64,000 bases of DNA from a virus, in the IMG/VR virus record IMGVR_UViG_3300022934_000003. One strand, 5' to 3'. The translations under genes were made by a program, and so were the position numbers. Shown in pieces: positions 47,499 through 55,988 of the stretch. A model generated the notes under the pieces. The model worked only from the letters and a program-made list of their open reading frames with translations, was not told where the DNA came from and made no database searches. Each line of letters opens with the position of its first letter. Position 1 is the stretch's first letter.

Positions 47499-49325
47499 TT
47501 ATGCCATCATATATTCTTTACGTAGCTCAGAATTTTTTCCAAACATCATTTGAAATATATTAGCATTATCAACTGTTACAACATCATAAACTGGTTTATT
47601 AATTATTTGATCATACTCGTTTTCTTGTAATGATCCTAAACCTTTTATGTAACGATGTTTCCAACCTGTCTGAGTCGACTTGAATTCATTAGCCTCTTCA
47701 TATGTATAAAACCATTTAACATCAGATCCTTTAGATGAAATCATAATTGGTGTACGAGTGATTTTAACTTTTTTCTCAGTTAATAATCTTGGCCAGAATT
47801 TATAAAAGAATGCAATAAGTAATGGACTAATATGTCCGATACCATCATGGTCAGCATCTGTTAATGTAGCAATATATTCATATGTCATATTATCAACAGA
47901 GTTCGGATTAGTGATATCGAGGCCGAGAACAGATACTAATTCACTTAATTCTTTATTTTTAAGAACTTCAGCTGGTTTCATATCCCACGTATTCATAATA
48001 ACACCACGTAATGGATATGCGCCTACCTTATCAGGATTTCTTACTTTAAGAAGGAATCCCATTGCAGAATCTCCCTCTACAATTTTAAGTGTTGCATTAT
48101 CAGTATTTGCTGCAATATGTTTTGCAACTTTAACTTTACGTAATTTCTTCTGTGCAAGAGTAGCAGCACGTCTATCTGCTGCAATCTTCTTAGCAAGCTG
48201 AGCTTCAATAATAGGATCAATAATAGAAGGTGTATTTAAAATCTTTTTAGCATAGAAAGATGCTTCTTTAATTCCAGCTTCAATTGAATGTTCCTTAACA
48301 TTACTCATTGGATTTGTTAGACGTTCTTTTGTTTGAGAATCAAATTTAGGATTTGTAAAATTCTTTGCAAACATTACAAATGTTAAACCATTCTTAATAG
48401 TCGACTTTGCAACTTCAATTTTATGTCTACGCTTAATCATTGCACCTAATTCATCTAAAACAATATTAGTCATGTAGTCGACATATGTACCACCCATGCG
48501 AGTGTTAACACCATTAATAAATGAATTAGATCTAAATCCATCATCGGATGCAGAGAAAAAGAAAGATAAATTATCAGTCTTTTCAATAATTGCTTCTTCG
48601 CCAAATAACTCAGAATATTTTTTAAGATTATTTACTTTAATACGACGTTTATTAAATGAGAATGCAATTTCTGGGAATGCCATTTGTAAACTCATTAAAC
48701 GATCTTCTACTAAATCAATCGTATCTAAATCAAATAGATTATCAGTTTCATATAAACTAAAATCTGGAACAAACATAACTTCAGTACCAGATCCTACAGG
48801 ATATTCTCTTTGTTCTACTTTAATATCCTCACCACCATTTTTACAAGTAACTTGAACCAATTTACCATTGGACCACGTTTTACCTACAAATTTAGTCGAC
48901 AAAAAGTTAGTTGCTGCTGAACCTACACCATTTGTACCAATAGTAACTCGTTCATCATCAAATGAAGTACCAGCATTTACTCTTGTCCAAGCAGCGACTG
49001 GTCTAAGAATTTTATCTTTAGTTGTTTCATCAAAGATTTCATCTTGTGGAATACCACGTCCATTATCTGTAATTACAACAGAATTATTATCTCTTATAGA
49101 AACATTAATTTTATTTCCATATTTAAAATTAGTACGAATTGCTTCATCAATAGAATTATCGAGAATTTCATCAATCATTTTAGACAAAGCAGGAACATAA
49201 GTATGTTTATCCCACTTACCTAAAACAAATCTTTCAATAACTTCTTGAGAAGAAGAACCCATATACATACCAATACGTTCTCTGACGTGCTGGCGTGCGG
49301 TTAATATTCTAAAATCTTCAGACAC
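47499..49325 (-). CDS. gp39: DNA topoisomerase II large subunit (fused gp39+gp60)
   Basis: EILDNSIDE, DNGRGIP, GTNGVG, EGDSA, PLRG, TDADHDG, YIKGLGS. Confidence 0.95.
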   Translation of the reverse strand: MSEDFRILTARQHVRERIGMYMGSSSQEVIERFVLGKWDKHTYVPALSKMIDEILDNSIDEAIRTNFKYGNKINVSIRDNNSVVITDNGRGIPQDEIFDETTKDKILRPVAAWTRVNAGTSFDDERVTIGTNGVGSAATNFLSTKFVGKTWSNGKLVQVTCKNGGEDIKVEQREYPVGSGTEVMFVPDFSLYETDNLFDLDTIDLVEDRLMSLQMAFPEIAFSFNKRRIKVNNLKKYSELFGEEAIIEKTDNLSFFFSASDDGFRSNSFINGVNTRMGGTYVDYMTNIVLDELGAMIKRRHKIEVAKSTIKNGLTFVMFAKNFTNPKFDSQTKERLTNPMSNVKEHSIEAGIKEASFYAKKILNTPSIIDPIIEAQLAKKIAADRRAATLAQKKLRKVKVAKHIAANTDNATLKIVEGDSAMGFLLKVRNPDKVGAYPLRGVIMNTWDMKPAEVLKNKELSELVSVLGLDITNPNSVDNMTYEYIATLTDADHDGIGHISPLLIAFFYKFWPRLLTEKKVKITRTPIMISSKGSDVKWFYTYEEANEFKSTQTGWKHRYIKGLGSLQENEYDQIINKPVYDVVTVDNANIFQMMFGKNSELRKEYMMA

Positions 49326-49398
49326 TAAATTTTGCTCCGTTTTTAACTTATAATAAATAATAACATAACTTTAAAAAAATGTCAACAGGTAAATTTCA

Positions 49399-49887
49399 AT
49401 GATTACAAATTATTTATCGCCGGTATCATTTCTTGTAACTATAGATAGAATACCCAATGTAGAGTTCTTTACTCAAAAGGCTACTATCCCTAGTTTAACT
49501 ATGACGCCTATATTACAAACTGCTCCTATTCACAATATATATAAAGAACCAGATCGCTTAGACTACACAGAACTGGATCTATCTTTTATTGTTGATGAAA
49601 ATATGACCAACTATAAAGAAATATTAAACTGGATGGAAGGTCTTGGTACTCCAGTTAAATCTGATCAATACGCAAATTTAGCCAAAACAAAAGAAGGTAT
49701 TGTATCAGATATATCTATACTTATTCAAAATAGCGCTCGCAATCCAAATATTAAATTTACTTTTACAGATTGCTTTCCAACTTCATTAGCACCCGTCATG
49801 CTAGATGTAACTTCTCCAGATGTTTTTTATCCAGAATGTAACGTTACATTTAGATATAATAACTTCTTTATGGAAACTATTAGTTGA
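49399..49887 (+). CDS. gp3: tail completion/tube terminator (T4 gp3-like)
   Basis: NYLSP..F, PNVEFF, FIVDENM.NY, FPTSL; synteny gp3-uvsY-uvsW-gp55. Confidence 0.8.
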   Translation: MITNYLSPVSFLVTIDRIPNVEFFTQKATIPSLTMTPILQTAPIHNIYKEPDRLDYTELDLSFIVDENMTNYKEILNWMEGLGTPVKSDQYANLAKTKEGIVSDISILIQNSARNPNIKFTFTDCFPTSLAPVMLDVTSPDVFYPECNVTFRYNNFFMETIS

Positions 49888-49941
49888 CATTTCTAATAAA
49901 CTATGTTATAATATTATATATTGTGAAAAACTGAATGTCAA
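49884..49941. promoter_or_regulatory. face-to-face sigma70 promoters
   Basis: + TTGACA 49884 / TATAAT 49907; - TTGACA 49941 / TATAAT 49918; both with a 17-nt spacer. Confidence 0.65.
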
Positions 49942-49950
49942 GGATTTGTA

Positions 49951-50388
49951 ATGAGTACTGAAGATATTAATAATATTTGGGCTGAAGATTCTCGTATAGA
50001 TGAATCAAATTTAGCCGGCGAGCTTAAAAAAATTCCAGCTTTGCATAACAAATATTATACATTATATTATAAAGAAGCATTAACTGTCAAAAAATTAAGA
50101 GCAGATTATAAAGTATTAGAGCTAGAAAAGCGAGAATACTATGATGGATCTATGGCAGAAGAAGATCTTAAAGAACGTGGGTGGGTCCCATTTCAGAAAA
50201 AAGTACTTCGTAATGATGTAGACAAGTACATCCAAGCAGATAAAGATATTATAAGATTGAGTCTCAAAATCGATCTCCATTCAGCAAGAGCAAACTTTTT
50301 AGAAGATATTGTAAAGACTTTGCATTCAAGAAATTTTATTATTAAATCAATGATAGATATTATTAAATTCCAACACGGCGAATATTAA
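49951..50388 (+). CDS. uvsY: recombination mediator UvsY
   Basis: DSRID, IPALHNKY, EYYDG, SRNFIIKS. Confidence 0.9.
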   Translation: MSTEDINNIWAEDSRIDESNLAGELKKIPALHNKYYTLYYKEALTVKKLRADYKVLELEKREYYDGSMAEEDLKERGWVPFQKKVLRNDVDKYIQADKDIIRLSLKIDLHSARANFLEDIVKTLHSRNFIIKSMIDIIKFQHGEY

Positions 50389-51881
50389 TGAGTGAAGTAA
50401 TAAAAATTGAGCCGCATGATGCTGTACACATGGTTGTACATGCAGATTCTGGTACTAAAATGGAATTAGAAAATTATTTCCGTTTTCAACCAAGTGGTTA
50501 TCAATTTTCTCCAGCATATAAAAATAGAGTATGGGATGGATGGATTAGAATTTTCCAGGCATTACGTCCAAAATTATATGTTGGTCTATTACCTCATTTA
50601 CAAAAATTTTGCGAGGAAAGAGGATATGATTTAGATGCTCCAGATCATATGATTTTTGGAGAAGATGTTCCTGATGATTATGCATATAAATTAGCAAAAG
50701 AAATTGATTGTAAATTTGAACCTCGTGATTATCAAAATCAATATGTAATTGATGCATTAAGAGATCAAAGATCTTTATCATTATCTCCCACATCATCTGG
50801 TAAATCATTAATTATCTATTTAATTCAACAACATTATTTTAAAACATATAATCATCGTACACTTATTATTGTACCGACAATTGGATTGGTCCATCAAATG
50901 GCAGGTGACTTTGTCGACTATGGATGTGATCCGGATTTAATTTATAAGATACAAGGTGGAGTCGACAAGAATACAGATGCTCCAATTGTTATTTCTACAT
51001 GGCAATCATTAGTTAAATTACCAAAATCATGGTTTGCTCCATTTAGAGTTGTACTTGGAGATGAAGCACATCAATTCCAAGCTAAATCTTTACAAAAAAT
51101 TATGGAGTCTTTACCTAATTGTTATTATCGACATGGCTTTACTGGCACATTAAAATCAGAAGAAAGTAAAACACATCGTCTTGTATTGGAAGGATGTTTT
51201 GGTAAAGTAAGAAAGCACGTGTCGACTAAAGAACTTATGGATAAAGGTACTGTTGCAGACTTTAATGTAAAAGCAATTGTACTTTCTCATTCACCTGATG
51301 TAAGAAAAAGTTTTTATTCTGCATATAAACAAATTAAAGAATCGAGTAAACGTTATCCTGCGGAAAGAGAATTTATTGTTAATAATACAAAAAGAAATAT
51401 TTTTATAAGAAATCTTTTATGGTCCCTTGAAGGACAAAATAATCTTGTATTATTTGATCTTGTAGAAAAACATGGTAAAATATTAGAACCTCTTTTACAA
51501 AAAGAAGATCGTCAATTGCATTTTATATATGGCGGAACAAAAGGAGAGGAAAGAGAAAGAATTAGACACTTAGTAGAAAATGATCCAATTAAACAGCATG
51601 ATATTCTTGCTTCTTATGGAGTTTTTTCAACTGGTGTTAATCTAAAGAAATTGGATAATGTAATATTCGCTTCTGGTTCTAAATCAGAAATTAAAGTATT
51701 ACAATCTATTGGTAGAGCATTAAGAAAAGGGAATGACGCTGATAAAGCGACATTGTATGATATTGCAGATGATTTATCTCTAAAATCTTTTGAAAATTAT
51801 ACGTTACAACATTTTAGAAAAAGAATGGAAATCTATGGATCAGAACAATTTCCTGTTAAGATTTTTACAGTTGATGTTTAA
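50388..51881 (+). CDS. uvsW: DNA helicase UvsW
   Basis: WDGWIR, PTSSGKS, DEAH, GFTGTL, QSIGR. Confidence 0.93.
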   Translation: MSEVIKIEPHDAVHMVVHADSGTKMELENYFRFQPSGYQFSPAYKNRVWDGWIRIFQALRPKLYVGLLPHLQKFCEERGYDLDAPDHMIFGEDVPDDYAYKLAKEIDCKFEPRDYQNQYVIDALRDQRSLSLSPTSSGKSLIIYLIQQHYFKTYNHRTLIIVPTIGLVHQMAGDFVDYGCDPDLIYKIQGGVDKNTDAPIVISTWQSLVKLPKSWFAPFRVVLGDEAHQFQAKSLQKIMESLPNCYYRHGFTGTLKSEESKTHRLVLEGCFGKVRKHVSTKELMDKGTVADFNVKAIVLSHSPDVRKSFYSAYKQIKESSKRYPAEREFIVNNTKRNIFIRNLLWSLEGQNNLVLFDLVEKHGKILEPLLQKEDRQLHFIYGGTKGEERERIRHLVENDPIKQHDILASYGVFSTGVNLKKLDNVIFASGSKSEIKVLQSIGRALRKGNDADKATLYDIADDLSLKSFENYTLQHFRKRMEIYGSEQFPVKIFTVDV

Positions 51882-51913
51882 GAGCCTTTTATTGGTTTCT
51901 AAGGCATAAGCCT

Positions 51914-52019
51914 ATTATACATGGCTTTTAAAAGTTTGTCAACCCTTTTTTTAACTTTTTTTTAAAAATAATTTAATTTAATAAAAACAGTTGACATTTC
52001 ATTAAAAATATGTTAGAAT
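51914..52019. promoter_or_regulatory. back-to-back sigma70 promoters
   Basis: - strand TTGACA-N17-TATAAT at 51914-51942; + strand TTGACA-N17-TAGAAT at 51991-52019. Confidence 0.6.
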
Positions 52020-52052
52020 TATTTAAAATTATTACAACACGAGTGAGGAACT

Positions 52053-52574
52053 ATGGCTAAGCGTAACTACGTTAATAATAAAGACCTACTCGCAGCAATG
52101 GTAGATTATAAAGCAAGTTGCCAAGAAGCAGAAGAAGCTGGTGACAAAAAACCACGCGTTCCTGATTATATTGGTGAATGCATTTTACAAATTGCTACGA
52201 GATTGGCTACTAAACCAAATTTTTCTGGATATTCATATAAAGAAGATATGATTTCAGACGGTATTGAAAACTGTTTACTTTACATAAGCAACTTTAATCC
52301 AGATAAATCTAATAATCCATTTGCATACTTTACACAAATTATTTGGTATGCATTCTTAAGACGTATTGCAAAAGAAAAGAAACAAATGTATATTCGTTTC
52401 AAATCTTCTCAAGCATTTCTTGCAGCAGGTCAAACATATGAAGGTGATGAAGATTTAAGTTTACATTTAAATACTGCAGCAGATTATATGAATACATTTA
52501 TTGAAGATTTTGAAGATAAACTTAATCGTGATAAACAAAAGAAAAAAGAAAAAGAAGAAGAAAAGAAAAAATGA
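52053..52574 (+). CDS. gp55: late sigma factor (T4 gp55)
   Basis: NYVNNK, PNFSGYSYKEDMISDGIENC, NPFAYFTQI. Confidence 0.95.
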   Translation: MAKRNYVNNKDLLAAMVDYKASCQEAEEAGDKKPRVPDYIGECILQIATRLATKPNFSGYSYKEDMISDGIENCLLYISNFNPDKSNNPFAYFTQIIWYAFLRRIAKEKKQMYIRFKSSQAFLAAGQTYEGDEDLSLHLNTAADYMNTFIEDFEDKLNRDKQKKKEKEEEKKK

Positions 52575-52930
52575 GATTTACAAAAGAACACGAATGGATT
52601 AAAAAAGAAGGTGACTTATATTTAGTTGGAGTTACTCAACATGCTATTGAATTATTAGGTGATTTGGTTTATATTGAATTACCAGCACCAGGTGAAGTGT
52701 TTGATAAAGATACAGAATGTGCTGTAGTAGAATCTGTTAAAGCAGCTTCAGATGTTTATTGTCCAGTATCAGGCCTGGTGACTGAAATTAATGCATCATT
52801 AGAAGATACGCCTGAAGCAGTAAGTGATGATTGGACTACATGGATATTTAAATTAGAAAATGTAAACGAAGCAGATTTAGAAGATTTTATGGATGAGGAA
52901 GCTTATAATAAGTATATCGAGGGATTATAA
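52571..52930 (+). CDS. gcvH: glycine cleavage H-protein-like lipoyl carrier
   Basis: FTKEHEW, LGDLVYIELP, VESVKAASD (lipoyl Lys), PVSG. Confidence 0.9.
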   Translation: MRFTKEHEWIKKEGDLYLVGVTQHAIELLGDLVYIELPAPGEVFDKDTECAVVESVKAASDVYCPVSGLVTEINASLEDTPEAVSDDWTTWIFKLENVNEADLEDFMDEEAYNKYIEGL

Positions 52931-53991
52931 TGAAAATAGCAATGGTTACAGACATGCACATTGGAGTGCGTGGTGATTCTAAAATATTTCAACAACATCA
53001 AGAAAGATTTTTTCGTGAAATCTTTTTTCCATATTTAGATGAGCATGATATTAAAATCGTATTTGATCTTGGTGATACATTTGATAGACGTAAATATATT
53101 AACTTTGTAAGTTTACAAAAAGGTAAAGAGTTTTTCTTTGACGAACTTGCTAAACGTAATATTGAATTTCATGCTTTAGTTGGTAATCATACAACATATT
53201 ATACAAATACAAATGAAGTTAACTCAATGAATCTATTGCTTCGTGAGTATGATAACTTTCATATCTATGAAGATAAATGTGAACATTTGACAATTGGCTC
53301 AACTAAGTTTATAATGGTACCTTGGATTAATAATTCAAATTACAAAGAAATGATGGATCAAATTCGTAATTCAGATGCTAATGTATGTATTGGCCACTTC
53401 TCAATTCAAGGATTTGAAATGGATAAAGGACATGTATGCGATCATGGTTTAACTAAAGAAGTATTTACAAACTTTGAAGCAGTATACTCTGGTCACTTCC
53501 ATCATCCATCTACATATAATAATATTTCTTACCTTGGTTCTCCATATGAAATGACATGGGCTGATTATCAAGGTAAACGTGGTTTTAGAGTATTTGATAC
53601 TGAAACAAGAGAATTAGATTGGATTTTAAATCCAAATCCTATTTTTCATAAGATTGAATATGATGATGCTGATATGACTATTGATGATGTTGCTAATCTA
53701 AATACAGATAATATCGAAAATACTTATATTAAAGTTATTGTAAAAAATAGAACTAATCCATATATCTATGATCTTTTTATTAATAGGTTAGTAGATTCTG
53801 GAGCAGCTGATGTAAAAGCAGTTGAAGACTCTTTAAATTTAGAAGCTGAAGGTATTGATGAAATACTAGATGAAACTAAAGACACAAAAGAAATATTACA
53901 TAACTATATTGATGCAATGGAAACGCGTGTTGATAAAGTTCATGTAAAAAGAATTATTGATGAATTATATACTGAGGCACAATCTATATAA
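52930..53991 (+). CDS. gp47: Mre11-like nuclease (T4 gp47)
   Basis: TDMHIG, LGDTFDRR, VGNH, SGHFH. Confidence 0.93.
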   Translation: MKIAMVTDMHIGVRGDSKIFQQHQERFFREIFFPYLDEHDIKIVFDLGDTFDRRKYINFVSLQKGKEFFFDELAKRNIEFHALVGNHTTYYTNTNEVNSMNLLLREYDNFHIYEDKCEHLTIGSTKFIMVPWINNSNYKEMMDQIRNSDANVCIGHFSIQGFEMDKGHVCDHGLTKEVFTNFEAVYSGHFHHPSTYNNISYLGSPYEMTWADYQGKRGFRVFDTETRELDWILNPNPIFHKIEYDDADMTIDDVANLNTDNIENTYIKVIVKNRTNPYIYDLFINRLVDSGAADVKAVEDSLNLEAEGIDEILDETKDTKEILHNYIDAMETRVDKVHVKRIIDELYTEAQSI

Positions 53992-55704
53992 ATGAAAATA
54001 CAATTTAAAAAGATCCGCTATAAGAATATTCTTTCAGCGGGTAATGCATTCACTGAAATTCTTTTCGATAAAAGCAAAACAACTCTGGTAAGTGGCACTA
54101 ATGGTAGTGGTAAGTCGACTATGCTTGATGCTCTTACATTTGCTTTATATGGAAAAGCTTTTCGTAAAGTAAAGAAGGACCAATTAGTTAACTCAATTAA
54201 TAATAAAGAATTAGAAGTTGAAGTTGAATTTGCTATTGGATCATCTTATTATAAAATACAACGAGGTATTAAACCAAACTATTTTAAGATTTATTTGAAT
54301 GGTAATTTAATAGATCAAGATGCTGCTGTTAAAGATTATCAATCTTATTTAGAACAAAATATATTACGTCTAAACTATAAATCTTTTACTCAGATAGTTG
54401 TATTAGGTAGCGCAACTTATGTTCCATTTATGGATTTAGCAGCAGGCCAACGAAGAGATATTATTGAAGACTTACTTGACATTGAAGTATTTAGTGTTAT
54501 GAATACGTTATTAAAAGATAAAATAAGTTCAAATAAAGAAAGCATTACAGAAAACAGTTATCAAAAAGATATGATCGAAACAAGAATTGATTCAGCAAAA
54601 GAACATAATGAATCAATACGAAAGATTAAAGAAAAAGAAGTCGACAAGATTAAAGAAAAGATGAAAGTACATCTCGAAAATATTGAAAATGAAAAAGCTT
54701 CTATTGATGTACTTGATAAAGAAATTGCAGAACTTAATGAATCTATTAAGGATAAACCAAATGTTAAATCTAAATTAGATAAAGCAAAACAACTTAAACG
54801 CGATTTAACATCATCATTACAAACTCTTATAAATGAGCATGCTTTTTATCATAATAATGATAACTGCCCAACTTGTGAGCAAGCTATTGCTCATGATTTT
54901 AAGCAAGAAGCAATGACTAAAAAATCAAATAAGATGGATGAAATTAAAAGTGGTACTGTAGATCTTGATGCTAAAATACAAGAATATGAAACTCGTATGA
55001 ATGAAATTTCAGATGTCGAAGATAAGATTTCTGATAAAGCACTTACAAGTGCAGATCATAGAGCTCATATTAAAATGGCAAAGAATGCTCTTGTGTCTTA
55101 TAAAAATGAATTAACAAGTGCTGAGGAAGAAGTCGAAGCAGTTGACACATCTAAATTAGAGGAATATAATAGACAATTAGAAAAGATTGAAAATCAGCAA
55201 ACAGTTTTATTTGAAGAAAAAGAAGTGATTGGAGTTATTAGAGCAATGCTGCAAGATGGAGGTATTAAAGCTAAGATTATTAAACAGTATGTACCTGTTA
55301 TGAATAAACTTATCAACAAATATCTAACAGCGTTTGATCTCTTTGTCGACTTCCAACTAGATGAAAACTTTAATGAGATTATTAAATCTCGTTTCCGTGA
55401 TAAATTCTCTTATGCTTCATTCTCAGAAGGTGAAAAGCTACGTATTACATTATCAATTATGTTAGCGTGGCGAGCTGTAGCAAAATTAAGAAATTCAGTA
55501 GCAACTAATCTATTATTGCTAGATGAAACATTAGATGGTGCTCTTGATGGAACTGGTATCGAGATGTTAATTGATACTTTACATAACTTAAATGCTGATG
55601 ATAATATCTTTGTTATCTCTCATCGTGGACATCAGTTTGGTGACAAATTTATGTCTCATATTAAATTTGAGAAAGTAAAAAACTTCAGCCAAATTGCAGC
55701 TTAG
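53992..55704 (+). CDS. gp46: Rad50-like ATPase (T4 gp46)
   Basis: GTNGSGKS, CPTC hook, FSEGEK, LLDE, ISH. Confidence 0.95.
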   Translation: MKIQFKKIRYKNILSAGNAFTEILFDKSKTTLVSGTNGSGKSTMLDALTFALYGKAFRKVKKDQLVNSINNKELEVEVEFAIGSSYYKIQRGIKPNYFKIYLNGNLIDQDAAVKDYQSYLEQNILRLNYKSFTQIVVLGSATYVPFMDLAAGQRRDIIEDLLDIEVFSVMNTLLKDKISSNKESITENSYQKDMIETRIDSAKEHNESIRKIKEKEVDKIKEKMKVHLENIENEKASIDVLDKEIAELNESIKDKPNVKSKLDKAKQLKRDLTSSLQTLINEHAFYHNNDNCPTCEQAIAHDFKQEAMTKKSNKMDEIKSGTVDLDAKIQEYETRMNEISDVEDKISDKALTSADHRAHIKMAKNALVSYKNELTSAEEEVEAVDTSKLEEYNRQLEKIENQQTVLFEEKEVIGVIRAMLQDGGIKAKIIKQYVPVMNKLINKYLTAFDLFVDFQLDENFNEIIKSRFRDKFSYASFSEGEKLRITLSIMLAWRAVAKLRNSVATNLLLLDETLDGALDGTGIEMLIDTLHNLNADDNIFVISHRGHQFGDKFMSHIKFEKVKNFSQIAA

Positions 55705-55712
55705 GAGAAAAT

Positions 55713-55928
55713 ATGCAACACAAAATTAGTGACTTCTGTAAAAAAATTAATCTAATGCACGAGAAAGCATCATACCTTCGTTATGAAAAATACAGTGTGC
55801 CAAAGGAAAGACGTGATGAAGGAATGATTAGAGCTCTTATTGATGACATTCAAGCTCTTGCTATTGAAGTTGCGCATGACCGCGGAATCCACCCAAAAAT
55901 GTCAGAAAAGGATGTAAATAATAGTTGA
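55713..55928 (+). CDS. hypothetical protein
   Basis: 71 aa, AGGAG RBS. Confidence 0.55.
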   Translation: MQHKISDFCKKINLMHEKASYLRYEKYSVPKERRDEGMIRALIDDIQALAIEVAHDRGIHPKMSEKDVNNS

Positions 55929-55953
55929 CATTAATGCGCTTTTTTGATATAAT
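55925..55953 (+). promoter_or_regulatory. sigma70 promoter for gp43
   Basis: TTGACA-N17-TATAAT. Confidence 0.7.
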
Positions 55954-55988
55954 GTTAACTATAATGTACAAAACACATAAGGAAATTC

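Noticed and set aside
47911-49200. Plus-strand ORFs of 96-119 aa
   Set aside because: Antisense shadows of the topoisomerase gene; the same applies to other shadow ORFs such as 2149..2601 and 14157..15943
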